In this document: positions 29,864 through 42,835 of the stretch, piece by piece
How positions within the stretch are numbered: position 1 is the first letter of the stretch
Layout: each line of letters starts with the position of its first letter
Notes under the pieces: model-generated
Told to the model about the DNA's origin: nothing
The model's database searches: none
What the model saw: the letters and a program-made list of their open reading frames with translations, nothing else
NCBI GenBank assembly: GCA_022605425.2
Contig: CM061251.1
Span: 124,001 to 188,000, forward strand
Origin: Hamiltosporidium tvaerminnensis FI-OER-3-3
Taxonomy: Eukaryota; Fungi; Microsporidia
Direction: 5' to 3'
Length of the DNA stretch: 64,000 bases
Made by a program: the position numbers and the translations under genes

Positions 29864-30402
29864 TCGTTGGTATTAATACAATTATTTATATTCATTACAT
29901 TTTTCAAGGAATATTTTATCTTTCTTAATAATCCGGATATGTTTTCTTAATCAAATTTATTATAGAATCCTAAATTTATATAGATATTAATACTTATAGA
30001 TTTAATCTATGATAAAATTTGTTTTTATTTTAAAGAAATTTTGTAATTTTGAAATACTTTATTACATTTGAAAAATATTTGGAGGATTTCAAATTTTTAT
30101 AAAATTTGAATTGGTAGATAAATATACTTCATAAATTCAGGATAGTAGAATAAATTTGGTTCAATAAAATTTAAAAAAGATTTTTAGGATATAAATTTGA
30201 AAAAAAATATTTAATAGCAAAGTTACTATTTTTTTTGGAATAATTTATATTTATAATTGAAATACGCTTTCATAAATAATTGTTTTATTCAGTATATAAA
30301 TGTTTTGTCTGTTATTTTAATTTATTTAGGTAAAATAAAAATTATTCACGTAAAAACGATTTCTTTAAAAATGTATTAGTATGCATTATTTGGCTTTATT
30401 GT

Positions 30403-30475
30403 AGCATCGTGGCGCAGAGGTCAGCGCGCTGGGCTCATAACCCAGAGGTCATCGGTTCGAATCCTTTCGATGCTA
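30403..30475 (+). tRNA. tRNA-Met (CAT), initiator-type
   Basis: Acceptor stem AGCATCG/CGATGCT with A1:U72; anticodon arm CTGGG-CTCATAA-CCCAG with three G:C pairs; A and B boxes; oligo-T terminator follows. Confidence 0.9.
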
Positions 30476-30527
30476 TTTTTTTAAAGTTGACATTTTATGA
30501 AATGTTTCTTTCATTTTATAAATTTAA

Positions 30528-30622
30528 AATTACTTACTTATTCCAATCCTCTTTTAACGCTCAGTGTCAAGAATCAAACGAAATTTTTCCATTTGTTTCT
30601 TTTAATCTGTTGTAACTCGTAT
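30528..30622 (-). mobile_element. Family C 3' fragment directly downstream of the tRNA
   Basis: ttacttacttattcc tail, then cgctcagtgtc...ttttccatttgtttcttttaatctg, matching the copies at 9.9 and 40.7 kb. Confidence 0.5.
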
Positions 30623-32511
30623 ATAGAAAATTAGCCTAAATTTGTTCGTTTTAAATTCCACTACAATGGCAGCAATGGTTTTTTTGCTTAATTATACGCA
30701 CTCATTACCAAGCAGATAGTTTTTAATGTAATTTAGTTATCTCCCTTTCACCGATAAGGTCAAAAATAAATTTATATTTTTAATTTTAAAGTATCTAATA
30801 TGAAATAAATATAAAAAAATGACTTTTTATCAAATTTAGACTAAAATATCGGAATAAAAAAAAATTTTAATTTTTACCAAATCCCGATGTGGCTGTAAAT
30901 TAAGGATTTAAATATTTTAAAATAAAAAAAATCAAAGAAAATTAAATTTTAGTGTATTATTGTCTCTTGGTCCTCTTTGCTTTACTCTACCCCTTTGTCT
31001 TTTTGGTTTTGGCTTGTTTTATATTTGACTCACATTCTATGCTTTAAGTCAATACTTTTGGTTTGGTAATTCTACCTACATTTGGCTTATTATTTGATCT
31101 TTGTCCTGTTGCCTTTTTTCCGTTAACTTTTAGGGTGGGTGGGTAAATTTTTTTATTCCATCAACTTCTTATATAGCATCAAATGATGCTTTTTAACGAT
31201 TTATTCTGCCTTCTTTCGCACAAATAATCCTATTCAATCAAAAAAAAGTAGTTTCCTTTGTTTTTTAACGTACTATAGACAGAATATTTGCTTTTATTTT
31301 TGCAGGTAAAGGAACTTGATAAGATAGAAGGTTTATAGTTTTAGTTATAATACAAAATTATATTTTTTACTTAAAAGACTATAATTAAACAAACTTATAA
31401 ATAAGACCTAATTCATTTGCCAATGAGTCTACATTCTTATTTTCTAGATTTCAACAATTTGAATTGAGTTTTTGGGAATCAATTTAAACTTTAATTGAGG
31501 TAATTTTATTTTTATACTTAAAACATTGAGAATATCAGTATTTGATTCTTAATTTGGAATGTGTTATTACTTTTGTGTATAATCTTTTCATAGATAGGCA
31601 TTTAAGAATTTCTTAAAGAAGAAGACACCAGATTTGTTTTGTAAAATTAACCTTAGATTTACTTTTGAGAAATAGGCTCGGAAAAAAAACATTTTATTGT
31701 CAAATAGTAAGGTTTGTCTGTATATTCATCCATCTCTGTTCCTAAATAGCTTACGGTTCATCAAATGGGCTAAAGTCACGAAACCTTCCTTATGCTTTGC
31801 GAAGTACATTTATATCCTGAATATAGCAGGACACTTTTTTACCGTAGATCCGAATTTTCACTTTCTTAGTGCATTTTTAAGAATTACACATACACACAAA
31901 CAGAATATTTCTAGCATTATTTGACTCGGATTGTAGTTTTATCTGTTATATTTAGCCAAAAAAATTGTAATTAAAGATTTCAAAGGTTTCTTCTAATGAC
32001 TTCTCTTATGATACTTTTTCTATTTAAAATAAGCAATTATTTACCGGAAATATGCGTTTCGTTTCTAATTTTCTATTCAATATTGTCCCGATCTAGCTGT
32101 ATAAATCCTAATAATACATAAAACGTATAAAAAAAATAGAATTATATTTTATTCTCCCGGTCACTTTCTATTTCATACTTAGAATTTGACATTTTATTTT
32201 CTTAAAATATAATTTAACAATTTACTTAGGCTGTAATATAAGTTATAACTATATAATATGTATATTAACTATTTTTCATAAGAACACTTTAAGATTAAAT
32301 ATTGTTTTATTTGAATATTAAATTTGTATCTTTTAAAATATTAAAAATTTTAATTTATCAGTAATTCTTGTTATTTAAAACTTAAATATATGTTATCATG
32401 ATGTCTAATCAACACTTTAATTAAACATCATCTTACAATTTATCAGCTTTACCAACCAAAACCTAAATTGAAATATTGATAGATTAAAAACTTAATCAAT
32501 ATATAAATTTC

Positions 32512-32955
32512 TAAATTAAAATATGAAAATAATTGTGCAAAATAATTTCTTAATATCTAAACAGAATAATTTCTCATATTTATTTATAAATTAAAATATG
32601 AAAATAATTGTGCAAAATTATTTCTTAATAACAAAACTGAATAATTTCTCATCTAAATTTTTAGAAGAATAATTTCCAGATAAATTTTATTTTTTTATAT
32701 TTTATAACTTTTTTTAGAAGAAAAATATTCTTTGTAAAGAAATTCAACGTAAAATGTAATGTTATTAATTATATTTTTTATAATTAATTTAAATTCTTTT
32801 TCTTAGGTTTATAATTTCAATATTTACTTAATGTAAGATTCTTTTACAGGTAAAAATATTTCTTTTTTATTGGATTTATGTTTCAATATTTCCTTTAATG
32901 TAAGATTCTTTTACAGGTAAAAATATTAAATGTTTCCTTTTCTTGGATTTAATAT
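32512..32955. repeat. Two local tandem duplications (2 x ~75 bp; 2 x ~67 bp)
   Basis: taaattaaaatatgaaaataattgtgcaaaa at 32512 and 32587; ttaatgtaagattcttttacaggtaaaaatatt at 32828 and 32895. Confidence 0.8.
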
Positions 32956-33458
32956 TTTTTTTGTAAATAAGGTTTGATAAAAGAAAATATTGGTAGTGGA
33001 ATTGGAGGTTGTAAAAAAGGAGCAAATTTTTGAACAAATATTCCCTGTTTTAAATGTTAAAATATTACAATTATTTTCCTTGTGTCTATAAAAATGAAAG
33101 GAATTTAATTAGTGTTTTGAATTTTTATAAAAAAAAGCGAATATTATGAGAATTGGTTTACAAACTCTATTTAGGAAATAAATTTTAGAAAATTAAACAT
33201 CTCTAAAAAAAAGAATGTTAAAATATACGAAACATTTCCTTAAAAACCACAAAATAAATTAAAAACTACATTTATTACTTAAATGGAAAAAAATAAATTG
33301 TTTTTTCTAGAAAAATATTTTTAAAATTTACTTTTTTATACAAAAACATAATCATCATTTCTAAAAAAAATATGTCTTTTTGTATCGTTCCAAAATTGGT
33401 TCTTAATTTAAATTAAAAATATATTATTTTATAAAAAAATACAACGGCTAAAATTATA

Positions 33459-34787
33459 ATGAGACAACGTTTTTGGAAATCTTTTACTGCATTGGAACTT
33501 ATTGGAAGAGGTTCGTATGGAAAAGTATATAAAATGAGGAATAACAGTACCGGGGAATTATTTGCACTTAAGGAGGTAGAAATATCTTCAAAGGAATATA
33601 TTGAAGAGGTTTTTAGAGAAATATTACCCAAAGAAATCAATCATAGGAATATTTTAAAATATACAGCATTGTTTGTCTCTAAAAGACCATCTTTTTTAGA
33701 ACAGTTTCATGAAGAAAGTGAAAGTGATTCAAGGCCTTCTACTGCTATTGATGAAGAATGGTTATATGATAAGTCAAAACTTTATGATAAGGATTCTATA
33801 TTTTTTGATAGTCGTTTTTATTCTTGTTCTGATTCTGATTCGGATTCAGATGTTGACATTTCACTTTCTCAAATGCTGAATGATTCTTTAAGACCTGGTT
33901 TGTTTTATACGTCGAGTAATAGAAATAGTGATATAATTTCTATTTCATTAAGCTCCAGCAGTCAATCAAGTGTTGTTTCATCATCGAAAGGATATGGATT
34001 TTATGGTAGTTTTGATCCAACAAAGAAAATATATTTTTATATTTTGTGCGATCTCTGTGAAACTTCACTAAGATTTATAATTGATATGCGGAATGAACAG
34101 TATTTTCGCAATGACAATGTGTGTAAAAAGATAATCAATTTGGAAGGAATTACTTCTAAAAATGGAAATATCGCAATATTAGATAAGAAAGAAAATGATA
34201 TACAACAATCTATATGTTCAGAACATATATTGCTATCTGATTTTGTTTCAAGAAATTACTATGAAATTTTAAGTATTCCGAACGTGAATAGAAAAAATAT
34301 TTTTTATGTATTTAAAGATATTGTAAGAGGACTTTCGTATCTACATTCGAATGGCATCGTCCATCGAGATATTAAACCTGCCAATATATTATTTTATAAT
34401 AGGAATGGAAATTTCATTGTTAAAATATGTGATTTTGGACATATGAAACTGGTTGATGAAGTTATTGAAGAATATGACAGCGGATACGGATGTAAAGAAT
34501 CTGGTATGTATACTAAAGCAAGTTTTTCTTCAGATATTTATAGCGCAGCTTTGGTTTATTTTGAAATGTTATGGCCTATGAAAACTGTTATGGAAAAGGA
34601 TATTACAATACGACGGATGAAAGAATATGAACAAGTTCCTGAGGAATTTAAGTCTTTATTTAAGGAAGAAAGCTATATTATTGAAAAATGTTTAAAATAT
34701 AATTCTAAACAGGTATTAACTTGTAGGGAATTAATGAGATTGTTGTTGAATTATGAAAAAATATTTTTTGGAAAAATTGTTAATTAA
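33459..34787 (+). CDS. Ser/Thr protein kinase, eIF2-alpha kinase (PEK/GCN2)-like
   Basis: GRGSYGKV, FALKEV, HRNILKY, a long Ser/Asp-rich insert between subdomains IV and V, HRDIKPANI, DFG, DIYS..LVYFEML. Confidence 0.8.
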   Translation: MRQRFWKSFTALELIGRGSYGKVYKMRNNSTGELFALKEVEISSKEYIEEVFREILPKEINHRNILKYTALFVSKRPSFLEQFHEESESDSRPSTAIDEEWLYDKSKLYDKDSIFFDSRFYSCSDSDSDSDVDISLSQMLNDSLRPGLFYTSSNRNSDIISISLSSSSQSSVVSSSKGYGFYGSFDPTKKIYFYILCDLCETSLRFIIDMRNEQYFRNDNVCKKIINLEGITSKNGNIAILDKKENDIQQSICSEHILLSDFVSRNYYEILSIPNVNRKNIFYVFKDIVRGLSYLHSNGIVHRDIKPANILFYNRNGNFIVKICDFGHMKLVDEVIEEYDSGYGCKESGMYTKASFSSDIYSAALVYFEMLWPMKTVMEKDITIRRMKEYEQVPEEFKSLFKEESYIIEKCLKYNSKQVLTCRELMRLLLNYEKIFFGKIVN

Positions 34788-35206
34788 ATTTTGTATTTTA
34801 TTTTCTTTTTTATAAAATCACTTTGGTTTAAGTATTTCGATTAAATATATATTTATTCTGCTTAATTTAAATTTAATTAATACACATTATATTTTATCAT
34901 AGAAACTAGACGAAATTCTGAATGTAAAGATCCAAAAGCAGTTCTTATGGTATTTTATTGGCCGCTAGTCACTACTGCTCTTTTTTCAAATAAATACTTT
35001 AATATTTGAATTTCTAATTATGATTTTAAAATAAAAATGAAATAACTGTAAAAAACGCGGAGAAGAAACACAAATACATTGTTACTGACACGTATTAAAT
35101 CTTAAAATGTAATTAAAAAACAATTATGATAAAATAATAGATGTTTTTTTGTAAAAAAATGTTAATAATAAAATAAAAAAATACCTATTTACATTTTTAT
35201 TGATTT

Positions 35207-35648
35207 TCATTCATCATCAACAAGTTTTTCAAATGCAGGTGAATTTTCCTCTTTTGTATCATGTATTTCAAAGCGCGGGGAGGGTGGTGCTAATCTTACT
35301 TTGCAGCAATATTCTTCAAAGGCATCCTTAACTGATTCTTTGATTTCATGTCCTGCTTTCCATATGATTCTGTCAAGTTTTCTGTCAAGGAAAAATTTAT
35401 AGATTTTGAATGCACATTTAATCTGGCCTATTTCACACCTTATCACATGGTCTATTTTACACAAAATCTTTCTTCTTAAAGATTCGATCAATCCAATGAC
35501 TGCATGACGATGACCGGGGATTATCTTGGCGCATGTAAGAGCACCAGAACAACCTTTAGCTGTTGCACTGCTATTTGGAAATGCATTATTACCTTGATTA
35601 CCGCCTCCACCGCCGCCTCCATCGTCGCTTCCCTCGTCGCTTCCCTCT

Positions 35649-35728
<80 letters not shown>

Positions 35729-37372
35729 TGAATTTCCTGAATTTCCTGAATTTCCTGAATTTCCTGGACTTACTGGACTTACTGGACTTACTGGACTTAC
35801 TGGACTTACTGGACTTACAGGACTTACAGGACTTACTGAATTTCCTGAATTTCCTGAATTTCCTGAATTTCCTGAATTTCCTGAATTTCCTGAATTTCCT
35901 GGATTTCCTGAATTTCCTGGATTTCCTGGAATATTGTTATCTGCTGCACTATTTTTATATAATCTAGTTAATTCTGCCTTTTCTTTTTGAATTACATTTT
36001 CAAAAAGATCGTTGGTAGAAGCAGTGATATTGGAAAGCGTGTTTTTTACAGCAGATGAAATTATATTTTTATAGCCATCGCTTTTTAGTGCTTCTTCTTT
36101 TTCAGATGAACTCATTTTTGCAAGATCATTTTTCAAACCAGAAGTTAATTTTACGGATTCGGCATTTATTATATTTCTTATACCATTCTTTAATATTTTA
36201 CTGTTCCTTTTAACAATATTTAAAACTTTAGCATCAGTTTCATCTGGGGATTCATGTCCACTATCACCTTTTTTTTTGTCAAATTTAGCACCAGAATTGC
36301 AATTACCACAGGTAAGAGCTCCACTCGTTATAGCAACTGCCTCATTTGACAATTTAAATTTCAAACAATCAACTACATCATCAAATTCTTCGTTAATCTT
36401 ATGGACTATTTTTCCGCTTCCACGCAAAACAATCTGTACAATATGTTCTTGTAGTCTACAAGAGGCTTCTGAAACTGCACACTTAGATTTGGCCTTGGCA
36501 CAATCGATAATTCCATCGATTGTTCGTAAAACTCGACATGGCTTTCGTGGGCATGGTGGAGATGGTCTAGGTGAAGGTCTTGGCGGACAAGGCCACGGTG
36601 GACATGGTGGAGATGGTCTTGGTGGACATGGCCATGGCGGACACGGCCATGGCGGACAAGGCCACTGCGGACATGGTGGTGAAGGTCTTGGTGAGGGTCT
36701 TGGTGAGGGTCTTGGTGATGGTCTTGGTGGACGTGGGCACGGCCAAGGCGGACACGGCCATGGCGGACATGGTCTAGGTGAAGGTCTTGGTGGACGTGGG
36801 CACGGCCAAGGCGGACACGGTGGGCATTCTGGATATGGCGGACACGGTGGGCATTCTGGAATTGGCGGACATGCTGGAATCGGGGGGCATGCCGGAATTG
36901 GTGGACAAGCCGGACATCGGGGGCATGGTGGACATGCAGGAATAGGTGGACAGGTTGGGCATGCCGGAATTGGCGGACATGGCGGACACGGTGGGCATGG
37001 CGGACACGGTGGGCATTCCGGATATGGCGGACACGGTGGGCACGGCTTTGGTGGGCACGGTGGAGAGGGTTTCGGGGGGCACGGCGGAGAAGGTTTATGA
37101 GATTTGTGTGGTTTAGGTAAAAAACATTTTTTTGGAGGAGGGAAACAAGGTTCACATTTTCTTCTAGAATCACAGTTTACAAAACTATTTTGTCTTCTAT
37201 CTTCATGATGATCACTCCAGGATATACACGATTTGGAACTAGACGAGCATGAACTCTTTGAATCACTGAAACAATCACTTTCAGATGAAGATCTTCTACA
37301 TTTTTTTCTACATTCTATTTCTAGCATTGAAATCGAAAGAAATATAAAAAGATATTTCAAAAAAACCAACAT
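35207..37372 (-). CDS. Secreted Cys/Pro-rich repeat protein, spore-wall-protein-like
   Basis: Likely start ATG at 37372 (MLVFLKYLFIFLSISMLEIEC signal peptide). Ser/Cys block; (CPP)n, PPWPC and PRPS repeats; helical domain; (GNS)n and (VSP)n repeats; Gly tract. Confidence 0.8.
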
Positions 37373-40300
37373 AATTTTTACATCTCTCGATATATTTATA
37401 CTTTTTAAGTTTCTAGATTTTATATAATTTTCCAAATATAAATAAATTTTAAGTTAATCTAAATTTTAATATAAAACTATAAAGTTCTGACGAAACCAAA
37501 CTGTTTTAGGCATATTTGCGTGATTATAATTTTATATTTGTACTTACTATTTTAAAGTAAATTAATAATTGTTGACTCAGGATTGTTTATTATGACAGCA
37601 AAAATATCTTAATTAAAGAATTATGTTATCAAGTTGAGATTTATTTGCTTTGAAATTAAAAATTGAATACTTTAAATTTATTTCTTTTTGGATATTAATT
37701 TAAATCAAAATGTATTTTTATTTTAGAAATTTAGTATTCATACCTTATATTTTAAAATGACGTTAACACTAAACTCTGATACAAATTATGGATTTTGTTC
37801 ATATAATTATTGTGAATTTTTAACTATGACTAGAATTTTTTTCATTATTGCATTGTTCTAGTTTATACGAACATGATATTATAATATATACATTTCAGGC
37901 AAATAATTTATCCAAATAAAACCATACTAAAAAGAAATCACCTTCCGAAAATTTTACCTTCAAACGAGGATTCAAATTGAAATCTAGAGTTCAAACAGAA
38001 AAAATCCTTTGTCTATTTCGATAATTAAGTGATTTTTTTTTATTTGAAAACATTCCTATATCGTGATTCAAGATTGTATAAAAGATGTAAATAATCAAAT
38101 CAATATTTGATATTTTAATAAATATTTAATTTAGCATTCTGAAGTTCGAAAATTAAATAAAGAAATATTGAAGTTTTTATGTTACTTTAATCGAACAAGA
38201 AGCAAAATCGTAAATAGAAAAAAATAAAAGATAGAATAAATTAAAATACTTTTTATTTCTAATTTTATTCTTTCTAGTTAATATTTTATAACAAAATTGA
38301 GTTTAGTGAAAAACTATCATGTATTTTTGGTATGAAATATAAGATCAGAGTTTCCCTTTTCATTATTCTTAAGATATTATGGTAATAAATGTGATTAAAA
38401 ACTCGAAATTAGCCTATAAATTAGTTTATTAGCTTTTGTTCAATGTGCTTTTTAATCTAGATATATTATCGATCACATATATTTTCTTTTGCGTTATATA
38501 TATTGATACGTAGTGGTTTATTCGATGAAGTTTCTAGAGACATGATCGTCGATCATTTCATAAAACTTCTAAATTCAGCTCTGGGTTAAAACCACTAATT
38601 TTTTGGTTTATTACACCATCAAAGTAACTATTTGAGCAACAATAATTCGATCAACCTGAGCTTGGATTTAGATCTTCTCTATTTTTGACAAGTTTGCGCA
38701 AAAATTCGTATTGCAACATATTGGTTTTTTTAATGTTTTAACCAGCATCCAACTATCATTTTACGAAATCTAACGTATTTTTTATCACCATATGATTTGG
38801 TTTTGTAAATTTTTCCAATAGAAATTCAGAAAATTTTTTAAAAATTCTAAACAACCGATTTTTAATGTTCAATCATAGTTTATTTATTCGATTACTTATA
38901 AAATCATATATCTTTTAGTTATTTCTGGTTTTTCAAGTATTACATTTAAATTTTGTTCATAAATCATCAGAAGTTTCATTATTCTTCATGCATCTAACAC
39001 ATACTCAGTTCTGCTGGCCATTACCTATGTTTAAAGAGATAATGCATATAATTAAAGACGCCTAGCAAATTGCTTTTTCATCTCCCAGTTTATAAATTTG
39101 AACTATAGAATAGTCTATAGAGGATAATAGAACCTTCTTCTTCTTTTTTCCCTCAATCTTGAGAAAAAAATTTCAATTCTCATTCAAAAGTCTTTTAAAG
39201 CACTTAAAATCCTTAATCTTTCGAATGTAGATTAAATAGTTTTTAAAATATTTAATAATTATTTTATGGCGAAAATATTTCGGATCTTTTTTCTTACATT
39301 TATTTGTATTCACTCTGCTTTGTTTATACATCAACCTTTTCTGGGTTCTGATATCTACTTATTAATTTTGATATATTTCGTCAAGAAATATTAAACTTTT
39401 GAATGAAGCCTGAAACTGAGATGCGTTCTTTTATTGTATTATGAAAAAACCCAATTTCATGTTGAGATAAATATTTTTGTTATTTCCGATCCATTATATT
39501 ACCTTACGTTTCTTTTTATAATACATTATTTCAGTAAAGCAAAAAATCCATGAAAATTATAGTAAATATACCAAAGCTAGAATATTTACAACGAGATATT
39601 TGTTTACAAAATTCCTGAGTAATATTTCTATAGTTTCAATTGAATAGCATATTTCGATTAGAAACCATTTGAGATTTTGTTCAGTAGTAATGAGAAGTAA
39701 TAAAAGTATTTAAATTTCTGGGATTTTTACGATTTAAAGCCAATCGAAGAATTCTTCGATTTACTAAACGATTCAGCTTATAAATTATTTTATTGAATAC
39801 TTTTTGTTATTATGGATAAATGGTTTTTTGGCACATAACTATAATTAAAATGTATGAAAAATGTTTTTTGGATTTTTTTCTGCTTGAAAAAATGAACGAT
39901 AGTTTTTTTTTAAATTAACTTTTTTAAATTCTTGGATTTGAACATTTTACTCCTTTTATATATCTATTCTAGTATTTAACTGCTTCACATACATATTCCG
40001 TAAGAAAACATTCATTTTTTGATTATCTTGTAGCTTCGAGAGTGATATAGTCCAAAAATATAAAAACAATAAACCTGAATTGTTTATACGTATATAATAC
40101 CATTTCTTTGATGCTTACTTGCTTTAGAGAGATAATCGTTCCCCGTGCCTTTCGGCTATATTTCTATCGTTCTTTATTACATTTTCAAAACTCTCTGCAG
40201 CATTGGTTCAGACTAAAGTCTTTTTCGTCGATCAAAAGACCTTGGTTAAACCGTCTTTTTTAATATTTTCGCAAAATTATGGTTCTTTATAAATGTTTAT

Positions 40301-40682
40301 TAGAGATATTTTACCGTAGACGTGATTATAGTTGTTACAATACAGTTCAAGGTGTCATATAAGCAATTATATCAACTTTAAACTAAAATATTAGGACTAA
40401 CCATTGCCTTCATTTAATAATAATTCTTAGAAATTATGTTTAAATTTTGAAGTGAAATTTCAAGATGCACTTTATTATGATATAAAAGGTATTTTTAAAA
40501 CGACATTAAAATTTTAAATAAAACAATGAATAAAGTAAAATATGAAAATATGATGTAAATATTAATCTAATTAATTTTAAACTAATGGTAGCTAAAATTT
40601 TGATAGAAAAATCAGCAAAAGCATTTAGAAACGCCATCAAGAAGTTAGAAATTTTTAGAAACTCTTACTTTCTAAATATTTC

Positions 40683-40803
40683 ATTCCTCCTCTACCTCTC
40701 GGTGTCGATGATAAAAACAAATAGAAGTGTTCCATTTGTAGATTTAAATCTGATCTAACTCGGAGTTGTAAGGAATACACCTATAGATCCAACGTGATCT
40801 ATA
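40683..40803 (-). mobile_element. Family C 3' fragment
   Basis: Aligns with 9891-10016, including the acaaat..gaa/ttccatttgt inverted repeat. Confidence 0.6.
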
Positions 40804-41609
40804 TCTCACCAAAATCTAACATGACACTTTCACCAATCCTATGCAATCATTGCTAACCAGAGTGTTTTTAATGTAGCCATGCTCTATCCACATGTTTCAA
40901 AAATTTAAACAAAAAATATGATAAACACATGAAAACAATAAAATGTATATCGTTAAACTATAAATTTGAGTGGTTAGAGCCATTTTATTTTATTTCGATA
41001 TTCCGCTTTCTAAAATTCAACAATTTTAAAGTATGAATTTTATTTCTAAAATATTTTTATAAACAAGACCAAATAACCAATATCTTTTTAATTAAACTTA
41101 ATCGAAAAAAACAGTTCTTAAAATAGTCATTGTTCTTTTATGTAAGAATTTATAAAAATATGTACTAAAAATTATTATATTTTTGCTCTTTGGTTTTATT
41201 GGGAATTATTTGAAGAAATATACTTTTATTTGCTACTTTTTAGATTCCATTTGATATTTCATTCCTAAAAAAATCGTTTATTTATAATTTAATAAATTAA
41301 CGAATTGATGTTTAAAATATTCAAAGAATATAATACAATGGTTTATAAATAGTAATATTCAACGAAAGAGTCATAGAATTTTTCATAAATTTTTATATTA
41401 ATTTCATAAAAAATCCAAATACGATCCGCCCGTTTAATAAATTTGGAATGAATATCATAAATAAAATTTAAATACATAATTAAATTCCGAATTTTAAATC
41501 AATTTACATATTTTTTTCTTAATGAAAAAAAAGTAATATTTTCTATTTAGTGCTGTAATTCCTTCAAAATATATATTTTTTTTAAAAAATTAAAAAAAAC
41601 GGTCTAAAA

Positions 41610-42347
41610 ATGCGTTCAAAAGGACACAAAAACCAGAGTAAAACAAAAAAAAAGAAAAATGGCATACCAAATCCATACAATCGCATTAAAGAAGAATCCC
41701 ATTTGACCGAAGATCTTGATTTAAAATGTATTGCTTCTATATGTCAAGATAATGATTTGGAAGATTTAAAAATATTTTTTTCTAGATCTTATATATATTT
41801 AGATTACAAAAAACTACTAAAATTGTTTCCTAAACACATGTCTGTTTCCAAAATAGAAACATTAGATTCTGAATATTTTATTTCCTCAATTTTTGGTTTT
41901 TGCAACTATTTGGATATAAAAACCAATATAAAAAATAATTTAGTAACTGAAATCGATGCAATATTGGATAGATTAGAAGCAGATCATAAATTTGAACAAA
42001 ATATGGTAAGATACGTTGTATCAGAGCGTATTGTAAATTTACCGATCAATATTTTTATGGAAAATCTTAAAAATATAGAAATTGAAAATTATATTTACAT
42101 ATATATTTCTAAATTGTTTAAAATAGAAGAAGAAAATAAAAATGAAGTTTTTTCTACATTTAAAGAATTTAAAAAGGATGATTTAATATGTTTTCCAGAT
42201 AAAGCAGAAGAAATATTTTTAATTAAATATTCTTTGATAAGCAAAGTAATTAACATTTCTAACGTTAACTTTAGGATATCAGTATTAGATCACAAAAGTA
42301 TGAAAAAATACTTTTACAAAATATTCGAAGAAACCATTAATAAATAA
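41610..42347 (+). CDS. BCP1: BCP1/BCCIP-like 60S biogenesis factor
   Basis: Basic N-terminus and SERIVNLP, matching the conserved SERLINMP-type motif; compatible length. Confidence 0.65.
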   Translation: MRSKGHKNQSKTKKKKNGIPNPYNRIKEESHLTEDLDLKCIASICQDNDLEDLKIFFSRSYIYLDYKKLLKLFPKHMSVSKIETLDSEYFISSIFGFCNYLDIKTNIKNNLVTEIDAILDRLEADHKFEQNMVRYVVSERIVNLPINIFMENLKNIEIENYIYIYISKLFKIEEENKNEVFSTFKEFKKDDLICFPDKAEEIFLIKYSLISKVINISNVNFRISVLDHKSMKKYFYKIFEETINK

Positions 42348-42719
42348 TTTAGAATAATATTTATAAAAATATTTTTTCTTAATTCTATTCAACATATTAA
42401 ACTCAAGTTTACAAATAATTTAAATGTTTTATTATTCCATCTTGAACTCGTAAAGGTTTTAGTGTATCATTGTTTGCTCACTAAGTTCTCGTTTAGCTTA
42501 TCAAATACCTTTAACTTTCGCTTGGATAAGCACATATTAATAAAAATATGATTAAACTAAATCAAAGATAAAAAAAAGATTATCAAAACTCACTTTTTTT
42601 ATTAACAGTATAAATTATAGATTTTTGTATATTTTTTTTATAGATAAAGAATTAAATTTTATATGTGTATCACTGCAGAACCAAAAAAAAATATTATTTT
42701 AAATATAAAAGCGATACAT

Positions 42720-42835
42720 AATTTTTTTATTTACTGGATTTTATCTTTTTTATATATTATTTCCCGCTATTTTAACCACTTATTCTTCTTCTTCTTCTAA
42801 ACCGACACTTCATTTATATCTATTGTCGGTTCCTT
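42720..42835 (-). mobile_element. Short 3' remnant of the RLE-type retrotransposon
   Basis: ttaaccactt...cttct..accgac...ttgtcggttcc aligns with 13372-13432. Confidence 0.5.

Noticed and set aside
36276-37173. Gly/His-rich and other long overlapping ORFs
   Set aside because: Antisense or alternate-frame shadows of the Pro/Cys repeat region of the minus-strand gene.
38500-39100. Possible decayed transposase or integrase fragments here and at ~1.1-1.3 kb and ~9.4-9.7 kb
   Set aside because: Only isolated weak motif resemblances; needs TBLASTN/HMM support.
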